DNA of 64,000 nt from NCBI GenBank assembly GCA_951406725.2, contig OX597830.1:74524001-74588000 (forward strand), read 5' to 3'. Below, piece after piece: positions 1 through 14,138 of the stretch. Under the pieces are notes generated by a model, which was not told the DNA's origin, searched no databases, and saw only the letters and a list, made by a program, of their open reading frames with translations. Within the stretch, counting starts at the first letter, position 1. Each line of letters starts with the position of its first letter. The DNA comes from Octopus vulgaris. Lineage: Eukaryota. Made by a program: the position numbers and the translations under genes.

Positions 1-960
1 GATGCTGGAAAGGATAATATTAGTTACCTGACTACCGGGTTCAAATGGGGCATAATTGAAGTACATAAGGATTCGGAGATATATTTTGCACATAACTGGC
101 GGAATGCGGAAAACTCGGATTATTGAAGTGACAATGTATGGAGTATAGGGAACTTTTTGCAGTAAGTGGATATCTGTTGGGTATTTACGTTGAAACATCG
201 GTCGAAAACCAAGTTATATGTAGAGGTGGTTATAGTTCATAGGGATTATGTTTGGAGAGAAGAAATAGATCGAGGGTGCTGTGACGAATCTACGAGCATG
301 TATCGATCAGTGAAATGTTTAGGAGAAGAAACAAATTAATGTAGAGTAGTGAGTTGGTGACTACAAATTGTTTACTGATGGCATCGAGGTTTTATGGTTA
401 GGGATAGCTGCCCGATACATCATTTCTGCTGTCACTGAAGTCGAAGACTTGGGGCAAAAATAATGTAAGGTATAAGTTGTTAATTCAGAAAGGCATGTGC
501 TTAAATAGTTGCTGGTAATCCAAAGAGTTCGGAGAGAACTTGCGTGAGCACAAGTCTTTGGAGGAATGAATGAGGGTAGCTGTTTTAGCATTCATATTTT
601 TCAGTAAAATGAATGTTTTTGCTTTTGTTATTCACATCGGTTGGAAATAATCACGAACTGTTTTGTAACTTAGAGTTTTCGATGGTGTGATTGTATATTT
701 TAGGAACAACATAGTATGGTAGGTTTGAGAGGCCCAATCTTGATGGTTTGAATATAAACCAAGTAGAGCATTGAGGAGGGATATGGTCTGCTTAAATGCT
801 AAACGGTTAAAGTCATTATCTCTGAAATCGAATGAGGACACCATTTTCTTGAGTGAACCTTGAACAGAGGGACTAGCCCGGACACAGAGATAATTTCGCG
901 ATAGATAGAGATAAGTCGATGTGGGACTTAGCATGATGAGTAAGATTTAGATTGGAACGA
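1..960 (-). pseudogene. Possible decayed retroelement ORF (perhaps the N-terminal region of a Penelope-like element), truncated by the window edge
   Basis: Non-repetitive minus-strand ORFs 632-934 and 361-591. An upstream frame reads HAKSHIDL..LCPG, loosely like the PLE N-terminal 'SHIxFL...PKGL' motif. No RT motif seen. Confidence 0.25.
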
Positions 961-1592
961 GGAAATGAAGACAACGAAAATTGAATAAATGAGTGAATGG
1001 GGAAGAATTATACAGTGGGTTAACTTTTGGCTATAAGAATTTTGATGAAGAGAAGGGAGTAGAAGGCTCACTAATTCCTTTTTAGTTTACTGGCTAATAA
1101 CAAACTGATATAACTTCAATTAATAAATAAGCCTACAGTTACTAATGCTGTAACTATCAAGTGTACCATGAATGCTACTTGTCGTAGACATCTATTCCAA
1201 ATTTTACTTTGTAAATACGGTCTACCAACATAGCTTTCTTGTTATGTAACCCATTGAAAAGTGTTAACATTTTTCTAGCGCGTCTATTCTTTATCATCTC
1301 AATCCATTTTCGTCCGTTGAACAAAGGCTACAGAAATATCTTAATATTGGTATTGTGTTAATCCCTTTAATGATGTCCATTCCATTTAGCATGGTTACTA
1401 AGATCTTTCTCACTCTCTTCTTATTTTCTTCAGAATGTAGTATAAAGCTTTCATTTCGTTCAGTTTCTCCTTGAACAAGCCCACATGTTTCCCACTCTCT
1501 CTCTCTCTTTCTTTCTCTCACCCGTTCTCTCTCTCTCTCTCGCTCTCTCTCTCGCTCTCTCTCTCTCTCTTGTGTATTTCATATAAATGTAT

Positions 1593-1688
<96 letters not shown>

Positions 1689-2044
1689 ATACGTATATAT
1701 ATAAATATATATATATACATATATTTATGTTTATGTTTATATTCATACATGTATATATATATATATAATGATATTCATATACATGTGTAAGTTTATATAT
1801 TATATGCATGTATGTATATGTATGTATATATATGTGTGTGTATATACCTATACATATATATATATATATTTATGTTTATATATTATATATGTGAATATAT
1901 GTGAATGTATATGTATATATATATGTGTGTATGTGTATACATATCTGCATAGATACATACGTACAAAGCTGTATGTATACACGCACACACATACACACAC
2001 ACATACACACACACACACATATATATATATATATGGATGTGCAA

Positions 2045-2220
2045 GTATATGCATCCCTTTTCCTTTCTTCCTTGATCTTATTGCCTTGTTATCTGGAAGA
2101 GTGATTCTCTCAGATTTTACCAATTTTCTTCTCTTTATTACAAGCATGGCACATTTGTCAATACCAAACAGTTTCCTATTATCTCTGCTGAAAATTCTAA
2201 CCGACTACATCCAAAGTTCA
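2045..2220 (-). mobile_element. R4/Dong-clade non-LTR retrotransposon RT fragment
   Basis: Minus strand reads VRIFSRDNRKLFGIDKCAMLVIKRRKLVKSERITLPDNKAIRS, matching the FSxDIxMxFGxDKCA...GKLVKSEGIxLPD motif just upstream of YKYLG. Confidence 0.75.
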
Positions 2221-2459
2221 GCTCCATCTCCGCATCAAAAGTCCAGCACAACTAAAGTTTCAGATAATACGTGTACATTAGGTTTTTCGATGATATCTCC
2301 TCTTTCTCTTTCTTGATCACGTGGGATCAAAACCTAGCAAATGACTGAAGGGATATTGAATCTAAATTTTACATAGTGAATTTTCGATTCACGACACTTC
2401 AACTCAACGGGATTTCAAGTCCCAAAGATGTTTGTAACCATTATCATTAGTATTATTAA

Positions 2460-2730
2460 GAAAAGAAGGCGACGTTCAATATGCTTAGCAGCGACGTTCA
2501 AAGTGCTTAGCAGCGACGTTCAAAATGCTTAGCATCGACGCTCAAAATGCTTGGCATGCCGTTCAAGTTGCTTAGCAGCATTTTGTCCGTCTTTACGTTT
2601 TGAGTTGCCGAGGTCGACTTTGCCTTCCATATTTTTGATGTCGATAATATAATTACCAGTTATACACTGGGATCGATGTGATCGACTTACCAACTTACCC
2701 AAAACTGCTGACCTTGTAAGAAAACTTGTA
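2460..2730 (+). mobile_element. Degenerate tRNA-derived SINE (family B here) with about five tandem copies of a ~22-bp head segment
   Basis: Repeated gcgacgttcaaaatgcttagca, followed by gccgaggtcgactttgccttcca...accagtt..cactgggatcgatgtgatcgact, shared with the copies at 47171 and 56259. Confidence 0.7.
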
Positions 2731-2741
2731 ACTTGAAAAAA

Positions 2742-3280
2742 TTATTTTTTGCTCTTTTTCAGAATAGAGTGAAGTTTTTTCGGTCTTTCATGTTTTTCAA
2801 CAAGTTTTAGCGGTCCAATCGTTGGTTGTTTAAAGGTATTTGGCCAGTCTAATTGTGGTGGTTTGTACGTAAGTTCAAGCTGGGTAAAGCCTCGACCTCC
2901 ATGAGCTTTGGAAAGGTAAAGATGATCAACGTCAGCCTTTGGAAGATGCATCTTATTACAAGTCAGTAGCTTGCGGATTTTTCTATGAATTTTCATTATT
3001 TCACTGGTATTCCATTTAAGCACATTGAAGCTATAAAGAACAACTGGGACTGCTAAGGAATTTATGGCTAACACCTTGTAATATGCATTCAGCTCACACT
3101 TCAGGACTGCTCGAATTCTTCTATAACATTCCTTCCTAACCTTCTCCTTCATGCATGCATGCTGGATGCCAGAGCCTTCATTTATTCCTAGGTATTTAAA
3201 GATTTGTTCCTGCTCAAGTTCCTTTATTACTGTTTCGACATCTAATTCAATTGAACTTGACTTTACCAATTTCCCTTTTA
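2742..3280 (-). mobile_element. R4/Dong-clade non-LTR retrotransposon, RT C-terminal/thumb fragment
   Basis: ORF 2742-3338 contains FKYLGINE...VLKCELNA..KVLAINSLAVPVVLYSF...KIRKLLT..MHLPKADVDHLYLSKAHGGRGF. Its 5' end abuts (TAA)n. Confidence 0.9.
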
Positions 3281-3320
3281 TTATTATCATTACTATTATT
3301 ATTATTATTATTATTATTAT

Positions 3321-3450
3321 TAGTTTTTCTTCTTTCAAGTTGTTTCTATTTCTTGACAGGAAACTTCCCGACTCCTAGGGCAGTGAACTCAATGTATACA
3401 GTGACAGGCCTTTGAAATAAGCACAGCAGATTGCTCATTTTCATAATAAA
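3321..3450 (-). mobile_element. Possible very short 3'-UTR remnant of a Dong-like element between triplet tracts
   Basis: About 130 bp of unique sequence that ends on the minus strand in ...gaaagaagaaaaact followed directly by (AAT)n. Confidence 0.3.
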
Positions 3451-3720
<270 letters not shown>

Positions 3721-3874
3721 ATAAAGCAGCGAGCTGACAGAACAGTTAGTGAAACGGCAAAAATCCAGTTTGTCGATGAAATAATGTATCAATGAGATAC
3801 TACACTTAATAATCGGTTAATCCTCTGACATCGAAATTCTGGCTTTATGCTTAAACTAGACATTTTCATAAATT

Positions 3875-4330
3875 GGCAGTGAGCTAGTAGAATCGTTAGA
3901 GCGTTGAAGAAAAAAGCGCTTTGGGAATTTTGTTCCAGCATTGTGAGTTCAAATCCCATCCGAGGCGAACTTTCTGATTTTTCCTTTTACGGCTGATAAA
4001 ATTGTGTCCCACTCAGGTTCTTGGGTAGATGGTATCCACAAATACCCTTCCTACAAAATTTCTGGCCATATGCTTAAACTATAAACTAATATCATTATTT
4101 CTATTTTTACGGAAGCAGAAGATGCTGGCAGAATCATTAAACTGTCGAACAAAATGCTTTGTGAATTTAGTTCTTATCACTACGTTTACTTTTCAGATTC
4201 TGTTAATATCATTTTTACCATTCATTGTCATATCATCGATAAAGTAAAATGCGAATCTATTTATTGGGTCGGTGGTATCGACTAATATCTGCCTTGAAAA
4301 CAGTTACATTTGTATGTAAATCCTAAACCA
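3875..4330 (+). mobile_element. Two adjacent, highly degenerate family-B SINE copies (about 3875-4090 and 4115-4330)
   Basis: Heads ggcagtgagctagtagaatcgttag..gagttcaaatcc and gatgctggcagaatcattaa. Confidence 0.55.
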
Positions 4331-4625
4331 TGATTACTGAAACCTCTGGTGATGAAATGGTAATATTGGAAAACTGTTAATAGCTTTCCAAGTTTCAAAT
4401 TTTGGGTAATTTTAGCCAACCGAAATCAACAGACATATAGGTGATTGTTCCCATAGTAACAGGCTGTTACCAAGCTGCTTACTTCTGAGATATCAGAGAG
4501 GTGGACAAAAGTACTTGGAAAATTCTTTTACCTTCCTTTCTTTCTTTTTGGATCAAATTTGAAATAAATCCAAAGTCAGCATTCCTTTCATCCATTGGAG
4601 TTCTATAGTAAAAGGTGCACGTTAA

Positions 4626-4981
4626 TGCAGTAGCCATACAAATATCATAAACAGATGTAAGATTACTTCAGTGAATACAGAGTATTTTTATATAGGAACT
4701 AGCGCATGTTATATTAAGCAGGGAATTGCCAATCATTTAAGTTCGGTTAGAAATAGAAAAAAAATTAATACTGCCAGCTAATTTGATTACTAAAAGATAG
4801 TAAGAAAGTATTTTCAATTGCTTGGGAAATAACTAGTAAGGCAAAACCGTAAAGAATAGGCGATAATGGATGTGAATTTTGTGCGGAAGAAATGTACCAA
4901 ATTTCCACTAATAAACACTGTGTTGTCAGGTTGTGAAATGTCAACATTGGACAAAATATGCGTTTAAGCGATTTAAAGTAA
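4626..4981 (+). mobile_element. Penelope-like element GIY-YIG endonuclease remnant (Naiad-like C-terminus)
   Basis: Reads CSSHTNIINRCKITSVNTEYFYIGTSACYIKQGIANHLSSVRNRKK, then after a disruption LKDSKKVFSIAWEITSKAKP*RIGDNGCEFCAEEMYQI...CQHW. This gives NIIY...YIG...NH, WxI, CxxCxxE and CxH motifs. Confidence 0.8.
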
Positions 4982-5344
4982 CATGAATAACATCTATAGT
5001 AATTATAGTAGTAGTTAAAATAACGATTGTGATACTGATAAATATAATAATAATAAAAATAATATCAATTGAGGGTATAAACTCAAAAGAAGTAACATAT
5101 TTCTGGATTAATAATGGACTCCATATAGTAAAATATAAATAAAACTGCTAAAATTAATTGTCATAAAGCAAACATTATAAAACCACGATTCAACTGTAAT
5201 ACCAGTAAAAGTGATTATACACATACACAGACATATATACATATAAATATATATATATCTACGTATATATAAATATATATATATGGGTGCGTGTATATAT
5301 ATATATATATATATGTGTGTGTCTGTGTGTGTGTGAGTATATGC

Positions 5345-5490
<146 letters not shown>

Positions 5491-5693
5491 GCACGCATAT
5501 ATATATTTATATACGTACATATATATGTATGTATTTATATGAATATATGTCTATGTGTATATATATGTATATATATACATACAATAAATTAATTAGAGAT
5601 TCAATTCACAATGCAATGATGTATTTATATTATAATATAATATACTATGAATATAATATAGGATAACATAAAATATTATTAAAAAACAAAAAG

Positions 5694-5775
5694 AGCCAGC
5701 AATTTGTTTCGACTTATATACAGTATTTGATTTTTAAACAATATATTATCCATTTATATAAGTCTCTTCAGAGCT
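5694..5775 (-). ncRNA. Degenerate minimal type I hammerhead ribozyme motif
   Basis: Minus strand: agct CTGAAGA gacttatata...tatataagtc GAAA caaattg ct ggct. Stem II is a perfect 10 bp and stem I is 4 bp. The cleavage triplet is mutated (GCT). Confidence 0.55.
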
Positions 5776-6169
5776 TTGGTTTAAACGACAGACAAAATTT
5801 CGTGTGAAAGGACGGCTGGATTGTAAAAAAAAATAATTCAAATGCCTGTGTTTAGGAGCGTTACAATTACATTAACAAATTATAACGGACAAAATAATTA
5901 AGTAAATATCATATACAACTATCGAAATATATTATTATATAACTCAAATAATATTAATCCAAATTCATTTAGTTCGAAGACAGTCTTTGGCATTTATAAT
6001 AGCATACGACAACAATGTATAAGTATGTAAATTAAGTATCAGGGTCTTATTTAATTTCGAGACGGTAATAAAGCGTGTAAATAAATATAAATGATAATAT
6101 AGTAATATATTGTTGATATAAAACAACATTTCTCTTTTATTTAAAGTTATTGATATAAAAAAAAATTGT

Positions 6170-6326
6170 GTGGCTGTGTCGTAAGTAGCTTGCTTACCAG
6201 CCACATGGTTCCGGGTTCAGTCCCACTACGTGACACCTTGAGCAAGTGCCTTCTACTATAGCCTCGGGCCGAGCAAATACTTGTGAATGGATTCGGTAGA
6301 CAGAAACTGAAAGAAGCCTGTCGTAT
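6170..6326 (+). mobile_element. tRNA-derived SINE family A, 5' half
   Basis: Head tggctgtg..taagtagcttgcttacc, B box ggttcagtccc, ends ...gaaagaagcctgtcg running into (TA)n. Confidence 0.85.
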
Positions 6327-6331
6327 ATATG

Positions 6332-6368
<37 letters not shown>

Positions 6369-6681
6369 ATTCATACATATGTGTGTGTAGATGTATATGT
6401 ATATAACAAGTCAGTTGGAGCAGTACTAGATAACCCATTCGTCTGTTTCTATCAATGTCTCTCTCTCCCTCTCTCTCAATCTATCCATCTATTTATGTAT
6501 CTATCTGTCTGTCTGTCTATCTATGTATCTATCTATCTGTCTGTCTATCTATCTATCTATATGTATGTGCGTATACACATATTTATATGCAGAGAGTGAG
6601 AGAGATAGCTTAACAAATATATGCACAAAGGCGATGTGAGACTTATATACGTACACACATATGTACCTGCATATATGTACA

Positions 6682-6725
<44 letters not shown>

Positions 6726-6996
6726 AACACACACACACATTTGTGTATACATCTAAACATGTGTAGGTACGTAGCCCAATTGTAAAATCACCCAGAGGAC
6801 ACGCAATAACGGACGAAAGGAAGCAGCAATTGCGTGTATAACTGCGTAAATATCGAAGGAACAACATTTAGCCGAGGTTCAAAGAGCCACACATTTTTCT
6901 CTATATTTTTCATTTTATTCTCTATCCCTCACGCCAAACAATCACAATTACTTCTCTCTCTCGCTCCCTATCTATCTCTCCCTCTCTCTTTCTTAC

Positions 6997-7029
<33 letters not shown>

Positions 7030-7404
7030 GTATCTCTCACTCGTATACTCTCCCTTTTTACACAAGTTTACACAAACGTACACTTACATACGTACTGAAC
7101 TGCGGGCGCACGCATATGCATATATGCCTATGTGCATGTAAGGATGTAAGTATATATGTATATACTTCATCATTTCTACGTAGCAATCCCATTTATGACT
7201 CGAGAAAGTAGTGTAATGCCTCAAACTCCAACTCTGTCACATTTTTATCGTGTCGTCTCTGTCGTGTGCATATCAGCAAGTTAATGAAGGTTTCACCACT
7301 ATAGTTATAAAATGCTAAGTAAGCTGTTAGCTTACGGAATTTGATGGCATAAAAGACACACTAGCTTACTAGACGTACCCTGGTTTCAGCACCGCATATT
7401 CACT

Positions 7405-7610
7405 AAAATATTGTTAGTTTCGTTTTTGTATTTGGTTTACAAGATTCTTTATGTGAGTTCGTGTGTTGAAGCATATTCTGTTGTGTCTGGGGAGAGTCAT
7501 TTTCTTTTTGTGCCTTATAATTTAACACACTCACCGGTAAAATTTCACTTATTTCTTATTTTTATTTTCCTAAAATTTTCATTACGTCTTGCAACCTTTT
7601 CAATAGTCTT
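7405..7610. repeat. Unclassified interspersed repeat; its minus-strand end resembles a variant hammerhead
   Basis: Recalled as a recurrent octopus repeat (unverified). Minus strand reads cta TTGAAAA g gttgc aagac gtaat GAAA attt tag. Confidence 0.3.
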
Positions 7611-7745
7611 TTAGTTTGATAAAAAGTATGTAATAGAAGCAAAACTTCCCATATACGACCCGGAATGATTTCTTGTAACATTTTATTGTTTTTGTCTCCT
7701 TTCTGTCGTTTCTGAAAATGTGCGTCTTATATGCGGAACAATAGT

Positions 7746-8070
7746 GAAGGAGCGTGGCTTAGTTGTTAGGGAATTCAGCCCTCCTTTGTAAGGTCATATG
7801 TTTGATTTCTGACGGTGCTTTGTGTCTTTGAGCAACATGGTTTATATCCCGTCGCTTCAGTTCAGTTAACTGCTAAAAATTAGTTATAACTGTAATACAA
7901 AAGGATCAGACTTGTCACACTCTGTGTCACATTCTGAATCTCCTTAGGGAATACGCTAAGGGTATACGTGTCTGTAATGTGCTCAGCCACTTGCCCGTTA
8001 ATTTCACGAACAGGATATTCCGTTGATCAAATCAACTGGAACAGTAGTCGTCGTGACAGACGGATAGGTT
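7746..8070 (+). mobile_element. Degenerate tRNA-derived SINE (family D)
   Basis: A-box head gcgtggcttagttgttagg, core tgtgtctttgagcaa, tail tcaactggaac..gtcgtcgtgac.gacgga. Confidence 0.7.
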
Positions 8071-8344
8071 GCACTACATGCCAACTACTATGGTACGTAA
8101 TTACCTGATTTTAAACCAGTTGTGCGAAGAAATACTCATTTTTTGAATGAATGACACACAGTAGTAAACTAAAAAATGGAAGACATCTGAAATTTTAAAG
8201 ATTTATATTTATGTTTAAAAAGTAGCTCTGAGCTAAAGAATAAATTAGATATTTTGCAGATTGGTGACCACGCAGCTAATGCTTCAGTACTAGAATTCCT
8301 CCCGAGTGAAAACCCAGCCAAATGAATTTCATATGTGCATATAT

Positions 8345-8386
<42 letters not shown>

Positions 8387-8748
8387 GTCGTCGTCGTCGT
8401 CGTCGTCATCGTCGTCGTCGTCGTAGTCGTCGTCATCGTAGTCGTCGTCGTCGTCGTCGACGTCCTCCTCCTCCTCCTCATCATCATCGTCGTCATCGTC
8501 GTCGTCGTCGTCATCGTCATCGTCGTCGTCATCGTCCTCGTCGTCGTTGTCGTCGTCGTCCTCCTCATCATCATCATCATCGTCGTCGTCGTCGTCATCG
8601 TCCTCGTCCTCGTCGTCGTCGTCGTCCTCCTCCTCCTCCTCATCATCATCATCGTCGTCGTCGTCGTCATCACCGTCGTCGTTATCATCGTCGTCATCGT
8701 CGTCGTCGTCGTCATCATCATCATCATCTTCCTTCCTTCCTTCCTTCG
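8345..8748. repeat. Mosaic (CAT)/(CGT)/(CCT) microsatellite
   Basis: Directly visible. Confidence 0.95.
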
Positions 8749-8749
8749 T

Positions 8750-10000
8750 AATAGAGTGTCGGTAAAAATGCCCCGGTGTCTTTCCTCATCTATCAAGTCA
8801 CAACAAGGACCTCAGACTGATAACACTTTCTGAAAATATGCATTGTGCCGAATAAGATAGTTTTTTGCAAGACATCAACCTTGCATGGGTTTCCAGTTGC
8901 CTTAAGAAGATTTGAAGTTTCAATGGGATTTCCACTGGTATCACTTTTACATTACCCTCTCACATACCATACAATCTTGCCATTTCCACTTTCAATTCGG
9001 AATAGTTGGTGAGTTTTTCATCCTCTTTACTCACAGCATTCATGTCATTTGGTATGGTTACATCAATGATCTGACAGTGTTTGTCTCTCTTACTCAATAC
9101 GACAATACATCCGGCCGACGGTGTTCGATTACATGATCTGTCTGAAAATCATAGTCCCAGAGTATCGTTTCTTTTCCATCCTCCTACATAACTTTACTTG
9201 GTACATGCTCATGCCAGTTTTCTATTATTTCATATTGGTATTTACGGCATAAGAGCCAATGAAGATACACACACACTCTATCATGGTAGAGCTTGTATTC
9301 ATTTTGTGCGAGGCTCTCATACCCACTTATCAAGTGGGTCACATTTTCCACACTCTTCCCACAGAGTCTGCATTTCTGGGCGTCAGAAGTTTTATAGCTG
9401 TTATACGTCACTGAATTGATAGCGAGAGCCTGGTCTTGAGCAGCAGTGATCATGCTTTCAATGGTACGCTTCAAACCACCCCGCTCAAGCTATCCCCACG
9501 ATGCTGTATTGCCCCTAACGTCTTGTCTATTCCTTTCAAACTGTCCATGCATTCTCATTTCAAGAAGGTCTTCTTTTCTCTTCTCCTCAGCTATTTGTTC
9601 AAACTTTTCCTTGCGCAGCATTTCATCTGCATTTACATCCATATCTTTCGCGGCATATTGCAGCAGGTCGTCATCACTATTTATCAAAATACTCGGCAAG
9701 CGTCCTCTTTGAATCCTTATACAATGGTCAATACTAATTAGTCCGCTGTCACCATTCTTACTTTTCATATTCAATCTCTTTACGTTTGCTTTAGGATTTA
9801 GCACCCCCATACAACGTCAACAGCTCTCTTGTCCTTCTATCCAGTGTTGATATTTCCTCCTTAGTTCATTTGATGATGGACGCACAATATCTGACCACCG
9901 CAAGTGCTCAAAGTTTTGTCATTCAGGCTGGATTTCAACACCATCTTGACTTTCATCTCTCTGTGTAGAATGTCATCCAGCTCCAAAATCCCTAAACATC
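8750..10000 (-). mobile_element. 5'-truncated R4/Dong non-LTR retrotransposon (RT end, Zn knuckle, restriction-like endonuclease, 3' end), frameshifted
   Basis: Motifs LGILELD..LDRRTRELLT..GVLNPKANVKRL; MHGQF; AAQDQAL..KCRLCGKSVENVTHLISG; ILWDYDFQTDHVIEHRRPD..IIDVTIP..EKLTNY; LQKTILFGTMHIFRK. Confidence 0.92.
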
Positions 10001-10027
10001 TATATAATAATAATCAATATAAATGAT

Positions 10028-10432
<405 letters not shown>

Positions 10433-10454
10433 TCTAAACAAGAATATTGTTGAC

Positions 10455-10558
10455 AATATTGTTGGCAGTGAGTTCGAAGTTTCCGCTAGCTAAGCCATCG
10501 TCGGAATGCCGACGTCAGCTTAGCTAGTTAAAACTTCAAACTCAATGTCAATAATATT
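10455..10558. repeat. ~104-nt imperfect palindrome (hairpin or MITE-like)
   Basis: Centre cgtcgg-aatg-ccgacg, with arms ctagctaagc/gcttagctag, gagttcgaagttt/aaacttcaaactc and aatattgttggca/tgtcaataatatt. Confidence 0.8.
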
Positions 10559-10789
10559 CATGCGTAAGCATAATAAATCTCTAATCTGCAAAAATAACCA
10601 TCAGATTAATGTAAAACTGTTTATATTATAATTGTTTATATTATAATTGACAAACGTCAATAATATCGTCGAAAACGATGTATAAGTCTTCAGATTTTTG
10701 TGAACGAATAGCACATTTGATTTGTTTATAGTTATCTCGTATATAGGCTGTACATTAGCTCGATCCCTCCATCAAATCGACATTGCCTA

Positions 10790-10941
10790 TACAGGCCAGA
10801 AGTGTCAGATGTCGAAGTGATCGCAGAGCTACTTGAGATGAAGTGCTTTGATCAAGAAAATTACTCAGCACCCGGCCCAAGAATTGAAACCACGAGCGCG
10901 GGATCATGGGTGCAACGACTAACCACTAGACTATGCGTCCT
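10790..10941 (-). mobile_element. Degenerate tRNA-derived SINE head (family E)
   Basis: Minus strand reads ggacgcatagtctagtggttag (A box)...gtggtttcaattct (B box)...ttcttgatcaaagcacttcatctc. Confidence 0.6.
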
Positions 10942-11090
10942 AGCAAATCGTGAGCTCGCAAACACACACAGGCACAGATAGAAAGTTAAATGACAAGAGC
11001 AAGCTAGAAACAAGAGGTAATAAGAGGTTAGATAAAAAGAGCAAGAGAGAGAGAGAGAGAGAGAGAGATACCTCCTGACTAACAACAGGC

Positions 11091-11126
<36 letters not shown>

Positions 11127-11219
11127 GATGGATGGATTGATGGATGGATGGAAGGATGGATGGATGGATAGACAGAGAGACAGGCGGATAGACAGATAGA
11201 TAGATAGATAGATTGATAA

Positions 11220-11276
<57 letters not shown>

Positions 11277-11462
11277 AGTTTAGTATAAAACATAGGGTTT
11301 TGTGAATGCCTGAGCTTAGGGAAGATAATTTGCGTCCAAAGGGGCAAATTCCAATATTCTCTTTAATATTCCTCTCTTTTTCTTTTTTTAACACGCACCT
11401 CTCTCCATTTCTGTCTTTCTTTCTCTCCCTTTCTCTCCCTCTCTCTATCTCTTTCACTATCC

Positions 11463-11503
<41 letters not shown>

Positions 11504-11900
11504 ATGGACGCTATTGATCTGCCTACAGCTTCTCCCTCACATACTTCACCTTACTCACGTTCGTAGCTTCTGTTCGACATTTTCTCAGTCATTAACAATA
11601 ACCAAATGAAACACTGCACAGTGAAACACTACACGCAAAAATAAAAGTCTTCGTAAGATATCGCATGTTCGACTGATTATAATGATTAGCCTTCTGTTTT
11701 TTCCCCCGACGAGACGTCCCTCATTAAGGCGACCGCCATTTTCACAATAATCTACTCCTTGTATTTTAGACATCAAACAATCCTTTCAAGGCTCCTGTTC
11801 GGTTTCGACGACAACCGAGCTCAATTTGTAGCGTCATGATAAAAACACCAGAGACTATATATTTGGGAGTATGTGTATGCATATATGCAAGTGTATACAT

Positions 11901-11976
<76 letters not shown>

Positions 11977-12060
11977 ATATATATATATAATTACGATATG
12001 TGTATGCATGTATAAATGAATATTAATAAATATATATATATGGATTTGTATTTGTGTATA

Positions 12061-12110
<50 letters not shown>

Positions 12111-12222
12111 CATTTATATTTCTATGTATGTATATAGATAAGTATATGTCCAAAATATGTAAATATATATATTTTCCTAATGTATATGTATAGATTGATC
12201 TATATAGATATACATACATGTA

Positions 12223-12278
<56 letters not shown>

Positions 12279-12337
12279 CGGACAAATACATATAAATGCA
12301 TATGTATGCATATGTTTATATATATGTATATATATGC

Positions 12338-12368
<31 letters not shown>

Positions 12369-12757
12369 TACCTACATACATATATATATATAAATAAACA
12401 CAGATATATATGTGTGTACACATGTATATACATATATATACTTATATATGTATGTGTATTTGTATGTATTATTGGATTATTCTTTTCTAATAATGAAACT
12501 AAATCTCGGGAGAAATAAAACCTAAGATTGGTATATACAGAGTGAGTACAATGCGTTAAGGGAGAAGCGAACGGACAAAAACGCGGTCTGCTGCTTCTTT
12601 TATTAGTGTTTCCTTTATGACAATGATGATGCTGATGGTGTTGTCGATGAAGTGTGATGATGATGTGTCTGATGACAATATGTTAATAGTAGCATCGGTA
12701 TGCTTCGGTAAGCCAGAGCAAAAGTAACGATGAAACATATGTGTGTGTCTATATGTT

Positions 12758-12870
<113 letters not shown>

Positions 12871-13045
12871 GTATACCTGCATATACGTATATATACATAT
12901 GTATAAATATGTATATAAACACATATGTAAATATTTATATATTCACATATATATACATTTATGTATGTATGTGTGTGTATAACTATATATATGCTTCCAT
13001 GTGTGTGTATATTTTTGTATTAGTTATATAGTATATGTATATACA

Positions 13046-13087
<42 letters not shown>

Positions 13088-13138
13088 GCACCTGTAGATA
13101 CATAAATATCTGTCTATCTGCCTACCTATCTATCTAAC

Positions 13139-13189
<51 letters not shown>

Positions 13190-14097
13190 GTACATACGTG
13201 CACACAAATATATATTTAAGCACACACATACATATTTGTATGTATGGATATTAATGTGTGTATATACATATATATATATATATATATACATTGTGTGTAT
13301 ATGTATGTATGTATTCGCTAATGCATGTATCTATGTATGTATACATGTGTGTCTGTATGTATGCATACATTGTAAGCTCGATATTGCATCACAGAAACAG
13401 AATTACTAATGTTGAATATACGACGAAGAGAATAACTTGGACAATGCCGAAGATTAGTCTGCAGAGACCAAGAAATTGGTCGAGCTCAAAATTAGCACTA
13501 ATTTGGAATTGGTTTTTCGCAGACTCTCATCTAAACTAGTGTTGATGCGAGACACTTTTGTTTGACAATGGATTTTTATTTTTCAAGGACATAGGAAGGA
13601 AATCTTGGTAGTCGAAATAGAATAGAAAACAGCGATCGGAAGAGTTCAGGGTTTTGCGCGAAAACACCAAATTCTTGATATATATCGTACGATGAATTAA
13701 ACGATGAATATTGTACGATGAATTAAAAGATGAAGATGACACCTACGCACAATCACGTATATACACACATAAGCACGGAATAAGTGAGATAGTTAAAGAG
13801 AAAGAAGAAAAAAGTATTAACCGCTCGATCAATATACATATAGACACAGTCATCTGGAGAGTGACAGGTTTACGTACACAAAAATCGTCCGTAGAATCAT
13901 CAACAACAGCAACAAAAATAATAAGAACACATACAGATAGAGATCGAAAATGTGTTCGGTTGTAGGGAAGGGCAATGAAGATGGATGGATATTACATATG
14001 CATTCAAGCACTCCTATATCCAGACCGGTATATATGTGTGTGGTGTGTGTGTATGTACATATATATATGTATATATATATGTGTGTGTATATGTATG

Positions 14098-14138
<41 letters not shown>

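Noticed and set aside
2469-2580. CRISPR-like short direct repeats
   Set aside because: No unique spacers, eukaryotic context, and the units derive from a SINE head.
8306-8833. His/Arg-rich (protamine-like) and Val/Ile-rich ORFs
   Set aside because: Open in several frames on both strands because of CAT/CGT repeats; no gene context.
13455-13530. agtctgc..accaa/ttggt..gcagact foldback
   Set aside because: Short interrupted stem with a large loop; not distinguishable from chance by eye.
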